A DNA stretch of 63,367 bases, counting the filler, from Craspedostauros australis (lineage: Eukaryota), in NCBI GenBank assembly GCA_030167865.1. It is 10 parts of 10 records of this genome, joined end to end, with 100 filler letters (N's around TTAATTAATTAA, not from the genome) between each part and the next. Parts side by side here need not be neighbours in the genome. Positions count along the whole stretch, not along the records: positions 47,705 to 48,787 come from JALAGF010002768.1; positions 48,888 to 53,968 come from JALAGF010002770.1; positions 54,069 to 59,149 come from JALAGF010002771.1; positions 59,250 to 62,233 come from JALAGF010002772.1; 6 more parts are not named here. One strand, 5' to 3'. The translations under genes and the position numbers were made by a program. Shown here one piece after another: positions 47,775 through 61,295 of this stretch (within the stretch, counting starts at the first letter, position 1; every line of letters begins with the position of its first letter). The notes below the pieces were generated by a model. The model ran no database searches. It worked only from the letters and a program-made list of their open reading frames with translations, and was not told the DNA's origin.

Positions 47775-48787
47775 ATGAGCCTGAAGTGGAAGCTGCAGAC
47801 AGGGGTGGACGAGAAGCATCATGTCACAGTTGGTGAAGCCCGTGCAGACAGCAAAGTCATCATGAACAAGGAGATGGTGCACATTCGGAAATCAATGCAA
47901 AAGCTCACCGACAGCAAACGCCCAACACCGAATGATATCATTGATCTTGTCTTGGGTACCTCATCTCGTCTGTACACAGAAGCATTTGCAAAGGATGATG
48001 TGAAGATGGATGCATTGGAGTACCTGCAGTTCATGGTTGCATTCAGCACACAGTCAACCTTCCGGACATCTACGAAAAACATGTACACCATGGGCTTGCT
48101 GAGCACCAAAGTGGGGTCCCCGAGCAAGACCGAGTACAATGATTGGTGGTGCAAAATCCATGCAGACAGCAACAAGATTGAGTCCAACGCTCACTACTTC
48201 TGGCAGGATCTCCAGGCTCAGTGCAATCACACTTTGAAGCAACTGGTTGTGAGAGGCATGGCCGGCCAACGCACTGTGACAATCGATGATGATAAAGTGC
48301 ACTGCGAGAGCACCAAAAAATCGCGAAGTGGCATCTCCCGGCACAAGCATCCAAAGGCCAATAGATGGGGGTGAGTTGTACTGTGCACAACCTCTGCTTT
48401 TGGATCATGGGATTGAATGTATGTCATGATTGTACAATTGTCGATAATTTTGAATCTCACAGGCACCACATGCATGTCTGCATCCCTCTCTTTCTTGTCG
48501 AATCTTGTTTCTTCTCTATCTCTTGAACTTGCGAAATGTCCATGCAAAGATTCACCATCGATACCTTGGCAATGACAATGTCCGGGGTCCCTTGCGGAGT
48601 CCAAGTCATCCAGGAAACCAAGACGAGCACCGCATTGGCTCTGATCAAGACCCAATTCGAAACCACCAATGGTTTGCAGAACACAGAAGTTCTTGCTGAT
48701 CGTGGATATGGCTCTCTCAAGCTCACACAGGGTCTTGTTGAAGGTGGAGCGGACCTTCAAGGCACTCACAAGAGGGCTCCACACATG
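47775..48787 (+). mobile_element. piggyBac-like DDD transposase fragment with an intron (48371-48549)
   Basis: Spliced reading TIDDDKVH...HPKANRWG|FTIDTLA...LADRGYGS...GTHKR matches the piggyBac-type catalytic layout. Donor GTGAGT, acceptor AAG, phase preserved. Confidence 0.7.
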
Positions 48788-48924
48788 NNNNNNNNNNNNN
48801 NNNNNNNNNNNNNNNNNNNNNNNNNNNNNNNTTAATTAATTAANNNNNNNNNNNNNNNNNNNNNNNNNNNNNNNNNNNNNNNNNNNNAAGACAAGCAAAA
48901 AGAGCGATCCCGTACGACGGCGGA

Positions 48925-51357
48925 ATGGAGGAGGACGATCCAGATGACGTGTCCATCACATACAGGCCCCGATCCAATACATTCAAGACAGCAGCCAACA
49001 AGACAGGCGTCGAAGTAGAGCCATTCGAGAAAGCCACCGGCGACGGATCCATCGACAGAGCCGCAAAGGCAGCATGGAGAGCAAGAGCGATATGGTACAA
49101 TAAAGACGAAGCAACCGCAGATCGAGAGAATCCAACAACCAAGCAATGGGAACACTTTTTCAGAGACCTGGCTGACGGCAGAGTAACCGCTTTCGGGCCA
49201 ATCACACTGCCCAACAAAGACCCCACGAGAATGCGCCTCCTACAGTTCGTGCTAAACGTGGCATCCACCAACCCGCACGAAGTGTTCCGCGCCCATCTCA
49301 ACAGCAACGGCACAGTGAAAAGCGCCAGAGCAGTCAAAGTCTGGAAAGCGGCTAACCGAGTCCTCGGATCCAACTACGATCTGGGAGCAGCACCTGCCGA
49401 AGACGCAGACGACAACGAGACAGGCATGGAAGGGCTGACATTACACACCAACGAGGACTCCCCTACCAACCCCAACGAATCGAAAGGACCAGCAGCGGCG
49501 TCAATGCCAACACATCTGAACACAGAATCGCTCAGCACCGATAGTGACTCATACACCAGCAGACAGCCAACGAAAAGGACCAGATTCAAATCACCGAGAC
49601 ACACCACGAACTCGCACCAGGTCAGCCAACAAAGCAGAGGAAGCTCACAGTCCACAGGGTCAGCGCAAGGCAGCGACACGTCCACAGACTCAGGCGTCAC
49701 CAACACCCGACAAAGCAAGAACCGCCAACCACCAACGACAACAAGGACAGACGACCACTCAGTCAGCTCCGACGAGGAGTCCAACACATCGCAAACGAAG
49801 ATAGCGCCGCCAAGACATGAGTTCACCACCCGGTTCACCATCAAACTCAATGTTGACCGAACAGAGGAAGACACGACGGCAGCAGTCCGAGACCGCATCC
49901 GACGCTGGTTCAGACAAGTCCGGAGAATTGACCCGTCTGCAGTGATACTGCCGTGGAGAGAGTCCAGCAACACAGGACCGCACATTGCACACTCCGGACA
50001 GATCCCAGAAAGGATGGACGAACTCCGAACCTTCTTCCCTGGACTTCGAGCCCCTTCAGGAGCAACAGGAATCACCTACGCCAAAGTGCGCATCACTACC
50101 AGAGAGAACCCATTTGACATCACGGCCGACAGGAACTCAGAACTCAACGCCTACTACTACAACGAGCACGAGGGGTTATACGAAGCTCAACTCCAGGACG
50201 CAGAGGAAGTCAAAGAAATCGGATTCCTGCTGTACTCCGGAGGCTTCACCGACGTCGACGGCACGGTTGACATCATCAACAGGAACCTCCGCCGCAACAA
50301 CAGCGAAGTCCGAGTGGGAGGCAAGATCAAGAACATCGTTCAGGTCAGCACAGAAACCAGAGAGAAGTACAGAGAAGGCAAGAGGCACTGGACGGTGCAA
50401 CCATGGAGGGCGGTCAAACTCGAAGTCGAGCGGTCGCAAGCATACAATGCAGTCACCGCGGTCGCCAACCTGTTCAACACCAGAGAAGAACGCCCAGGAG
50501 CCACCAACTTCAGATTCCTGCCCGACAAAAAATACGAGCAGATGTCACGGAAAAAGGCCGAATTCAGAGAGGGACTGGTGGCCAAACACCAAGCCATACT
50601 GTCAGTGATCGAATATTCCGACGCCGATGGTGTGATCCACCTCGACAAAAAGGTCAAAGGTCGCGACAACAAGTCCATCACACTCAGAAAGCTAATCCTC
50701 AGAGAGACCAACGACAAAGGCAAGCGAATCTTTCACAGCGTGGACCGCGCAAGAGGCACCGATGACCAAGTAGTGGCACACTCTTTTCCCGAATATCAAG
50801 AGGAAGCCAAGCATTCCATGAGCCTGCTGCCAGCAATCGCACGTCACAAAGTGGGGGAGAAGGCCGAGAAATGGTTCAGTCCGGAGGTGTGGATCGCCAG
50901 CCTCAACATCGTGCACGACCCGGCCACAAACGATTACACATCTCCAGACGTCCACAACCTCGAAGACATCGCCGACGAAGAATTCCCCGCCAGTGTGATT
51001 ATCACCAACATCCCTGACATGATGCCCACCACCCACCGACCGGCAGCTCTCGACAACAGAAGCATCTTCAACCCAAACTCGACAATTGGCACAACCAATC
51101 GGTCAATCGACTCAGCGTACACAGCAGCTCCCAGGCAGGAGACCGACAACCAACAGACGGAGACCGAGCAGACAGAACGAGCTCCCCATCACGACTCTGC
51201 CAGCCCCGAAGGGATACTCCGCACAGGATCCGACACAAGGTACAGCCAACAGCAATCCTGGGAAGCCCAGCTGCTCGCACAGGTCCAAGCACTCAGAAGG
51301 GAACTCGGCAAACCCAACGGCGACCCTCCGCAGCCCAATGGAGGACAGTCACCATGA
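48925..51357 (+). CDS. LINE ORF1 protein (frame open to scaffold start, probably 5' truncated)
   Basis: 810-aa intact ORF directly upstream of EN-RT; its stop overlaps the ORF2 start (ATGA). Confidence 0.85.
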   Translation: MEEDDPDDVSITYRPRSNTFKTAANKTGVEVEPFEKATGDGSIDRAAKAAWRARAIWYNKDEATADRENPTTKQWEHFFRDLADGRVTAFGPITLPNKDPTRMRLLQFVLNVASTNPHEVFRAHLNSNGTVKSARAVKVWKAANRVLGSNYDLGAAPAEDADDNETGMEGLTLHTNEDSPTNPNESKGPAAASMPTHLNTESLSTDSDSYTSRQPTKRTRFKSPRHTTNSHQVSQQSRGSSQSTGSAQGSDTSTDSGVTNTRQSKNRQPPTTTRTDDHSVSSDEESNTSQTKIAPPRHEFTTRFTIKLNVDRTEEDTTAAVRDRIRRWFRQVRRIDPSAVILPWRESSNTGPHIAHSGQIPERMDELRTFFPGLRAPSGATGITYAKVRITTRENPFDITADRNSELNAYYYNEHEGLYEAQLQDAEEVKEIGFLLYSGGFTDVDGTVDIINRNLRRNNSEVRVGGKIKNIVQVSTETREKYREGKRHWTVQPWRAVKLEVERSQAYNAVTAVANLFNTREERPGATNFRFLPDKKYEQMSRKKAEFREGLVAKHQAILSVIEYSDADGVIHLDKKVKGRDNKSITLRKLILRETNDKGKRIFHSVDRARGTDDQVVAHSFPEYQEEAKHSMSLLPAIARHKVGEKAEKWFSPEVWIASLNIVHDPATNDYTSPDVHNLEDIADEEFPASVIITNIPDMMPTTHRPAALDNRSIFNPNSTIGTTNRSIDSAYTAAPRQETDNQQTETEQTERAPHHDSASPEGILRTGSDTRYSQQQSWEAQLLAQVQALRRELGKPNGDPPQPNGGQSP

Positions 51358-53968
51358 TAGTCAGCCACATGCGGGCACAGTCCAGCCCGAACCGCGACGG
51401 ACCCAACAACACCGGACGCTCGAGATCGGATGATTCGAACGACCAACTACAACACCTGGGGCAACGGACGGACAACAAACCGACCACCCAAATCAGAATA
51501 GCTGCACTCAACGTAGGCAGCATACCACCGGACGCCACAGATCCAAAGAACGACGACCTATGGCAAACAATCAAGCAACACAAGATAGACATCCTCATGC
51601 TCACAGAAGTCGGCCTCAACTGGAGCCAAATATCCACAGAGGCAACCCTAAGCCGCAGAGCAGACCAGCATCTGAAGATGACGAAGACGAGCGCGGCCCA
51701 CTGCCACACAACGAACCACAGCCCGAGACAATGGGGTGGCACGGCGATAGTGGTACATGGAAACATCGCAGGAAGAGTCCTCGCCCGAGACAACGACCCA
51801 GAAAAGTGCGGAAGGTGGGCGAGCGTGCTCCTACAAGGCAGGCAGGGCATTAAGGTCCGCGCAGTGTCGATTTACGTCCCCACCAAATCGACGCACACCG
51901 CGGGCACAGTCTACAACCAACAAGCCGTCCGAGCTGCGCAGCGACAGCCCACGTTAGACCCCATCGACCTCCTCATCCAAGACCTCAGCGCCCAAATAAT
52001 GCAATGGAAACAGGCAGGGGAGTCAGTCGTCATCGGAGGAGACGTGAACATGGATATCAGGAGGTCCAAAATGGCCAACATGATGTCATCGACAGGGCTC
52101 CAAGAACACCACACCACGACCATAACACAACCCTACGCTACGATGATCAGAAACAGGAGCAACATCCCCATCGACGGCATGTGGACCACGAGCGATGTCA
52201 GGCCGACACAACTTGGCGCCACACCCTACGGCAGCTGGGATCACCGGACGATATGGATGGACGTGGGCGAAGTCAGCCTCTTTGGGCCCACCAAAATGCC
52301 TACAACGCCGTTCCGTGGTCGCAGACTCCAGATGAACCAACCAGCAACAGTGCGGAAATACAAGCAAGCCTACACCACCCAAGCAGAAGCACTCCAACTC
52401 CTACAACGGGCACAGACGCTCAACGACGAAATCGGAGCAGGCCCGATATCGCCGCACCAGGCCCGGCAGCTGGAGGCTCTGGACAACGACAGAGTGACAG
52501 CAATGTTGCAAGCAGAACGCAAGTGCCGGAAAGTGCGTGCAGGACATGTGCCATTCTCCCCACTAATGGCGAAGCTGCACTGGGAGCACCAGTTTTGGAC
52601 CCTCAGCATCAAACGCCGAAAGGGACACCAGATCCACGGACGGACCATCGACAAAGCCAAAAAGAAGGCCAAGTTGACAGTACGCACAAGGGGCATGACG
52701 ACGGTAGAAATGCAGCAACGCAAGAACGCGGCATGGAAAGCATACAAACAAGAGAAACGCAACGCAGACAACCACAGATGGACGTTCCTGGCGGGAGATG
52801 AAGAGGAAGAAACTCGATCAGGGCGCGACACGTCAAAATACCGAGCGCAAATACTCCAGCGCGAAGAGACCAAGGCCACATACAGACGCATCAAGTGGTC
52901 GCTACAGGCGGATGGATCCGACGCGCAAGTCTCGATTGTGGTGGACAACGGCCCCGGAGGAAACGGCCCCGGAGGAAACAGCCAGCTCCTCACGAAGGTT
53001 GAAGACGTTGCCAAAGCATGCTGCAACAACAATGTGGACAAGTACAGCCAGGCATGGAGAGCGGAAGTATGCCAAAGGCCCTTGAAACACTCGCTCGGGC
53101 GATACAGCACCAACGCCGCAGCCACTGCTGTGCTCCAAGGCATCGTCCCAACTCAAATCGAGACTAACACCCGGGACCTCCTCCAGGCACTCAAACAACC
53201 TGCGGCAGCCACGGAGTGGAACCCCAGCCAACTCCAGATTAGTCCGTCAGACCACTCCCGAGGATGGGCAAAGATCAAGGAGAGCACCTCGTCCGGGCCG
53301 TCAGGAGTCCACTTTGGGTGTTGGAAAGTGAATGCTACCGACACAACACTGGCAACCATCGATGCCATCCTGCGCGAGATCCCGTATCGCACAGGGTACA
53401 GCCTCAAGAGATGGCAACAATGCGTGGACATCCAGCTCCGTAAGAAGCCTGGAGATCTCTCCGTCACCAAGACCCGGACCATCGGACTCATGGAGGGCGA
53501 TTTCAACATGAATAATCGCCTCCTGGGCAAGCAAGCCCGCGCCCATGCTGAGACACAAGGCACCATTGCAGCCGAACAATACGGCAGCAGAAAGGCCCAC
53601 ACGGCCCAAGAGGTCTTGCTCAACTCAGTGCTAATCGACGACATCCACAGAGTCACCGGCGAACACTATGCGGTATGCTCGAACGACGCGAAAGGATGCT
53701 ACGACCGCATCGCCCACTCCATCTTCAGCCTGGCCCTTCAACGACAGGGAGTACCCACGCCGCCAATCGCCAGCACACTCAACACGCTCCAGTCTATGAC
53801 ACACAGAATCCGCACAGCGGCCGGAACATCCGAAGCATCGTACTCGGGCAAACAGCGCCGCAACCACCTGCAGGGCCTCGTGCAAGGACTCGGATCGGCA
53901 CCAACCGGTTGGCTACTCATCAGCTCAGCCATCATAGACCACATGCGGTCACAAGGACATGGACTCCG
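51354..53968 (+). CDS. LINE ORF2: APE endonuclease plus reverse transcriptase (3' truncated)
   Basis: ALNV, LTE, SIYVP, GGDVN, IDG, DHR (EN). SSGPSG, RTIGLME, QYGSRK, SNDAKGCYDRI, QGLVQGLGSAPTGW (RT). Confidence 0.93.
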
Positions 53969-54068
53969 NNNNNNNNNNNNNNNNNNNNNNNNNNNNNNNN
54001 NNNNNNNNNNNNTTAATTAATTAANNNNNNNNNNNNNNNNNNNNNNNNNNNNNNNNNNNNNNNNNNNN

Positions 54069-57000
54069 AAGACAAGCAAAAAGAGCGATCCCGTACGACG
54101 GCGGAATGGAGGAGGACGATCCAGATGACGTGTCCATCACATACAGGCCCCGATCCAATACATTCAAGACAGCAGCCAACAAGACAGGCGTCGAAGTAGA
54201 GCCATTCGAGAAAGCCACCGGCGACGGATCCATCGACAGAGCCGCAAAGGCAGCATGGAGAGCAAGAGCGATATGGTACAATAAAGACGAAGCAACCGCA
54301 GATCGAGAGAATCCAACAACCAAGCAATGGGAACACTTTTTCAGAGACCTGGCTGACGGCAGAGTAACCGCTTTCGGGCCAATCACACTGCCCAACAAAG
54401 ACCCCACGAGAATGCGCCTCCTACAGTTCGTGCTAAACGTGGCATCCACCAACCCGCACGAAGTGTTCCGCGCCCATCTCAACAGCAACGGCACAGTGAA
54501 AAGCGCCAGAGCAGTCAAAGTCTGGAAAGCGGCTAACCGAGTCCTCGGATCCAACTACGATCTGGGAGCAGCACCTGCCGAAGACGCAGACGACAACGAG
54601 ACAGGCATGGAAGGGCTGACATTACACACCAACGAGGACTCCCCTACCAACCCCAACGAATCGAAAGGACCAGCAGCGGCGTCAATGCCAACACATCTGA
54701 ACACAGAATCGCTCAGCACCGATAGTGACTCATACACCAGCAGACAGCCAACAAAAAGGACCAGATTCAAATCACCGAGACACACCACGAACTCGCACCA
54801 GGTCAGCCAACAAAGCGGAGGAAGCTCACAGTCCACAGGGTCAGCGCAAGGCAGCGACACGTCCACAGACTCAGGCGTCACCAACACCCGACAAAGCAAG
54901 AACCGCCAACCACCAACGACAACAAGGACAGACGACCACTCAGTCAGCTCCGACGAGGAGTCCAACACATCGCAAACGAAGATAGCGCCGCCAAGACATG
55001 AGTTCACCACCCGGTTCACCATCAAACTCAATGTTGACCGAACAGAGGAAGACACGACGGCAGCAGTCCGAGACCGCATCCGACGTTGGTTTAGACAAGT
55101 CCGGCGAATTGACCCGTCTGCGGTGATCCTGCCATGGAGAGAGTCCAGCAACACAGGACCACACATTGCACACTCCGGGCAGATCCCAGAAAGGATGGAC
55201 GAACTCCGAACCTTCTTCCCTGGACTTCGAGCCCCTTCAGGAGCAACAGGAATCACCTACGCCAAAGTGCGCATCACTACCAGAGAGAACCCATTTGACA
55301 TCACGGCCGACAGGAACTCAGAACTCAACGCCTACTACTACAACGAGCACGAGGGGTTATACGAAGCTCAACTCCAGGACGCAGAGGAAGTCAAAGAAAT
55401 CGGATTCCTGCTGTACTCCGGAGGCTTCACCGACGTCGACGGCACGGTTGACATCATCAACAGGAACCTCCGCCGCAACAACAGCGAAGTCCGAGTGGGA
55501 GGCAAGATCAAGAACATCGTTCAGGTCAGCACAGAAACCAGAGAGAAGTACAGAGAAGGCAAGAGGCACTGGACGGTGCAACCATGGAGGGCGGTCAAAC
55601 TCGAAGTCGAGCGGTCGCAAGCATACAATGCAGTCACCGCGGTCGCCAACCTGTTCAACACCAGAGAAGAACGCCCAGGAGCCACCAACTTCAGATTCCT
55701 GCCCGACAAAAAATACGAGCAGATGTCACGGAAAAAGGCCGAATTCAGAGAGGGACTGGTGGCCAAACACCAAGCCATACTGTCAGTGATCGAATATTCC
55801 GACGCCGATGGTGTGATCCACCTCGACAAAAAGGTCAAAGGTCGCGACAACAAGTCCATCACACTCAGAAAGCTAATCCTCAGAGAGACCAACGACAAAG
55901 GCAAGCGAATCTTTCACAGCGTGGACCGCGCAAGAGGCACCGATGACCAAGTAGTGGCACACTCTTTTCCCGAATATCAAGAGGAAGCCAAGCATTCCAT
56001 GAGCCTGCTGCCAGCAATCGCACGTCACAAAGTGGGGGAGAAGGCCGAGAAATGGTTCAGTCCGGAGGTGTGGATCGCCAGCCTCAACATCGTGCACGAC
56101 CCGGCCACAAACGATTACACATCTCCAGACGTCCACAACCTCGAAGACATCGCCGACGAAGAATTCCCCGCCAGTGTGATTATCACCAACATCCCTGACA
56201 TGATGCCCACCACCCACCGACCGGCAGCTCTCGACAACAGAAGCATCTTCAACCCAAACTCGACAATTGGCACAACCAATCGGTCAATCGACTCAGCGTA
56301 CACAGCAGCTCCCAGGCAGGAGACCGACAACCAACAGACGGAGACCGAGCAGACAGAACGAGCTCCCCATCACGACTCTGCCAGCCCCGAAGGGATACTC
56401 CGCACAGGATCCGACACAAGGTACAGCCAACAGCAATCCTGGGAAGCCCAGCTGCTCGCACAGGTCCAAGCACTCAGAAGGGAACTCGGCAAACCCAACG
56501 GCGACCCTCCGCAGCCCAATGGAGGACAGTCACCATGATAGTCAGCCACATGCGGGCACAGTCCAGCCCGAACCGCGACGGACCCAACAACACCGGACGC
56601 TCGAGATCGGATGATTCGAACGACCAACTACAACACCTGGGGCAACGGACGGACAACAAACCGACCACCCAAATCAGAATAGCTGCACTCAACGTAGGCA
56701 GCATACCACCGGACGCCACAGATCCAAAGAACGACGACCTATGGCAAACAATCAAGCAACACAAGATAGACATCCTCATGCTCACAGAAGTCGGCCTCAA
56801 CTGGAGCCAAATATCCACAGAGGCAACCCTAAGCCGCAGAGCAGACCAGCATCTGAAGATGACGAAGACGAGCGCGGCCCACTGCCACACAACGAACCAC
56901 AGCCCGAGACAATGGGGTGGCACGGCGATAGTGGTACATGGAAACATCGCAGGAAGAGTCCTCGCCCGAGACAACGACCCAGAAAAGTGCGGAAGGTGGG

Positions 57001-59149
57001 CGAGCGTGCTCCTACAAGGCAGGCAGGGCATTAAGGTCCGCGCAGTGTCGATTTACGTCCCCACCAAATCGACGCACACCGCGGGCACAGTCTACAACCA
57101 ACAAGCCGTCCGAGCTGCGCAGCGACAGCCCACGTTAGACCCCATCGACCTCCTCATCCAAGACCTCAGCGCCCAAATAATGCAATGGAAACAGGCAGGG
57201 GAGTCAGTCGTCATCGGAGGAGACGTGAACATGGATATCAGGAGGTCCAAAATGGCCAACATGATGTCATCGACAGGGCTCCAAGAACACCACACCACGA
57301 CCATAACACAACCCTACGCTACGATGATCAGAAACAGGAGCAACATCCCCATCGACGGCATGTGGACCACGAGCGATGTCAGGCCGACACAACTTGGCGC
57401 CACACCCTACGGCAGCTGGGATCACCGGACGATATGGATGGACGTGGGCGAAGTCAGCCTCTTTGGGCCCACCAAAATGCCTACAACGCCGTTCCGTGGT
57501 CGCAGACTCCAGATGAACCAACCAGCAACAGTGCGGAAATACAAGCAAGCCTACACCACCCAAGCAGAAGCACTCCAACTCCTACAACGGGCACAGACGC
57601 TCAACGACGAAATCGGAGCAGGCCCGATATCGCCGCACCAGGCCCGGCAGCTGGAGGCTCTGGACAACGACAGAGTGACAGCAATGTTGCAAGCAGAACG
57701 CAAGTGCCGGAAAGTGCGTGCAGGACATGTGCCATTCTCCCCACTAATGGCGAAGCTGCACTGGGAGCACCAGTTTTGGACCCTCAGCATCAAACGCCGA
57801 AAGGGACACCAGATCCACGGACGGACCATCGACAAAGCCAAAAAGAAGGCCAAGTTGACAGTACGCACAAGGGGCATGACGACGGTAGAAATGCAGCAAC
57901 GCAAGAACGCGGCATGGAAAGCATACAAACAAGAGAAACGCAACGCAGACAACCACAGATGGACGTTCCTGGCGGGAGATGAAGAGGAAGAAACTCGATC
58001 AGGGCGCGACACGTCAAAATACCGAGCGCAAATACTCCAGCGCGAAGAGACCAAGGCCACATACAGACGCATCAAGTGGTCGCTACAGGCGGATGGATCC
58101 GACGCGCAAGTCTCGATTGTGGTGGACAACGGCCCCGGAGGAAACGGCCCCGGAGGAAACAGCCAGCTCCTCACGAAGGTTGAAGACGTTGCCAAAGCAT
58201 GCTGCAACAACAATGTGGACAAGTACAGCCAGGCATGGAGAGCGGAAGTATGCCAAAGGCCCTTGAAACACTCGCTCGGGCGATACAGCACCAACGCCGC
58301 AGCCACTGCTGTGCTCCAAGGCATCGTCCCAACTCAAATCGAGACTAACACCCGGGACCTCCTCCAGGCACTCAAACAACCTGCGGCAGCCACGGAGTGG
58401 AACCCCAGCCAACTCCAGATTAGTCCGTCAGACCACTCCCGAGGATGGGCAAAGATCAAGGAGAGCACCTCGTCCGGGCCGTCAGGAGTCCACTTTGGGT
58501 GTTGGAAAGTGAATGCTACCGACACAACACTGGCAACCATCGATGCCATCCTGCGCGAGATCCCGTATCGCACAGGGTACAGCCTCAAGAGATGGCAACA
58601 ATGCGTGGACATCCAGCTCCGTAAGAAGCCTGGAGATCTCTCCGTCACCAAGACCCGGACCATCGGACTCATGGAGGGCGATTTCAACATGAATAATCGC
58701 CTCCTGGGCAAGCAAGCCCGCGCCCATGCTGAGACACAAGGCACCATTGCAGCCGAACAATACGGCAGCAGAAAGGCCCACACGGCCCAAGAGGTCTTGC
58801 TCAACTCAGTGCTAATCGACGACATCCACAGAGTCACCGGCGAACACTATGCGGTATGCTCGAACGACGCGAAAGGATGCTACGACCGCATCGCCCACTC
58901 CATCTTCAGCCTGGCCCTTCAACGACAGGGAGTACCCACGCCGCCAATCGCCAGCACACTCAACACGCTCCAGTCTATGACACACAGAATCCGCACAGCG
59001 GCCGGAACATCCGAAGCATCGTACTCGGGCAAACAGCGCCGCAACCACCTGCAGGGCCTCGTGCAAGGACTCGGATCGGCACCAACCGGTTGGCTACTCA
59101 TCAGCTCAGCCATCATAGACCACATGCGGTCACAAGGACATGGACTCCG
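54069..59149 (+). mobile_element. Non-LTR retrotransposon (Ambal-like), copy 2 (ORF1 54106-56538, ORF2 56535-59149)
   Basis: Same length and endpoints as copy 1 (offset 5181); 10 substitutions noticed. Confidence 0.92.
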
Positions 59150-61295
59150 NNNNNNNNNNNNNNNNNNNNNNNNNNNNNNNNNNNNNNNNNNNNTTAATTA
59201 ATTAANNNNNNNNNNNNNNNNNNNNNNNNNNNNNNNNNNNNNNNNNNNNTGCGTGTTACTGCGTGAAGATGAGGTGCAAAAGTCAATGAACAAAACACCG
59301 CGATAGCCTGTGTTGTGAATTACGTCTTCTCACGATGTTGCTAGTAGTACGATCACACGATTGATCGTATTCACTTGAGAAGGTCANNNNNNNNNNNNNN
59401 NNNNNNNNNNNNNNNNNNNNNNNNNNNNNNNNNNNNNNNNNNNNNNNNNNNNNNNNNNNNNNNNNNNNNNNNNNNNNNNNNNNNNNNNNNNNNNNNNNNN
59501 NNNNNNNNNNNNNNNNNNNNNNNNNNNNNNNNNNNNNNNNNNNNNNNNNNTCGACCAAAATTTCCGTTCGGAACGGAAAAGGTAAGAAAAGTGAAGATTT
59601 CTGATTGGTCGACGGGTGTCGCTATTGTTAGAGATTTAGCGTGCGCTAATAGTTGGTACTTGTTCTGTGAGTGATGTTGGTCCTCTTGTCCCTTTCGCTG
59701 ATGTGGCCAGCAAGGAGGCAGAAGTGAATTTTGGTTGGTTCCTCGCGCAAGGACGCCAAGAGCCATGTGGCAAGGAGGGGGCTGAATGACAACGGTGGGC
59801 CGCAATGAGGGTCGAAGACGACCGAATGAAGACGGGCAGTTGTACCAACATGAACGCCAACATCGGTGCTGGACAGGTATCATCATCATCATTGCCATCA
59901 ATAGGTCCCACCATGTTGTTGTTGTTGTTGCTGTTGCTCGTCACATGCGGGCAAGTTGAAGTCGGCTGCGACTCATTCCCATTTCGCAACTGTTTCTGAA
60001 CTCTTGGATGGGTCATGCTGTTTCCGTAAATTCCCATCACAAGGAAATACAACCTAACGGAGGAGTGGCTCTCATGATTCGGATTCAAGTATCGTGCATG
60101 CTTCTTCAGTTTTTATGGCGTGGCCTTGAGGTTCATGCCGAAACGAGAACGAGGCGGAACACGTCTGTTGGCTTGTGTTCAGGCGATCCTCGAGCCCACA
60201 TTTGGCTTCTCTGAGAATCAGCAAGCAGCCATTTCTTCGCTACCAAATCGCAGCGACGACAGCAATCCTGCATGATCTGCGTTGTGCGGAAGCAATCTTG
60301 CATGTTGCGCATCGTTCTGCATCCCAAACACACCCAGTCGACCTTGGACAACTTGTGAGATTGCTTTTGTTGTCGTGCCAAAGTGTTGTTGCGTACATCT
60401 GACTACTTTGTGCCACTTGAAACGAGTAGTGAATCGATATGGTTGGTTACATTGCGTCGTGTGATAATTTGCTATGCAAGAGACCCTCGTTGTGTTTTGC
60501 GGCTGAACATCTATGCAGAATTGGCAGCGCCGCACAACAATAGCACAAACAGCGCCCAGGCTGCAACCAATACCGAAATCAAACAACTCAAAGGGCATAT
60601 CTGCAACAATTTTGACCTGAGAACCAACCAATAGTTGCGTGCACTGTTTGTGCCTTCGCTGCTATCAATACCAGCAGGCCAGTCATGGTCGTCGTTGGGT
60701 CGTGATACTGCCACCAGAACATCACCCTCGAACGCTTGACGCTGCTTAATCGGTGACAATGGAACACGAAGACTGTTTTTTCGCCAGTTGTCGTCGCTAT
60801 TCGTCGCCGTATATGGTCCTGCCTCCGAACACGGCGGCGGCAATTGGAGAGATGGGGACTCGACCAATGATGGTGAAGACTGGCACATGCGATGTGACAC
60901 ATCCTGCACTGCGACTACGCACTCTGGGAGGTATCTTGCGCACTCCGTGACACGATTGACCAAGATCTCTCGACTCCAACCGCGCTGGTGCGGAAGCACA
61001 CGAAGCACACACAACCACATCATTGCGCACATGATGAATGTAGTTCCGACAGTACATCGCCGACCACCACATGACCAATGGTAACTTCCCACACACAGAG
61101 AGAGAGAGAGAGGCTCCATTCATAGGTCGTACTCGCAACAGACAAGCAGCTCAACAACATCGAAGGCTCATAAAATCGAAAACGCCGCCACATGCACCTT
61201 GCACAGACACTCAAGAGCCACAGCAACACATCATCATCACCAATACAATAAAAACTACTCTGCAACGATAGCGACAAGCATCGCAGCAAACCTCC

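Larger units (their letters stand above)
48888..53968 (+). mobile_element. Non-LTR retrotransposon (Ambal-like), internal fragment, copy 1
   Basis: Large ORF1 plus ORF2 with APE endonuclease and RT; both ends cut by scaffold boundaries. Confidence 0.92.

Noticed and set aside
48888..59149. Tandem duplication of a 5-kb retroelement
   Set aside because: The copies are separate scaffolds joined by the artificial spacer and have identical endpoints; adjacency is an assembly/concatenation artefact.
59250..61250. Cys-rich short ORFs upstream of the 61296 gene
   Set aside because: Frames are interrupted and show no convincing domain pattern.
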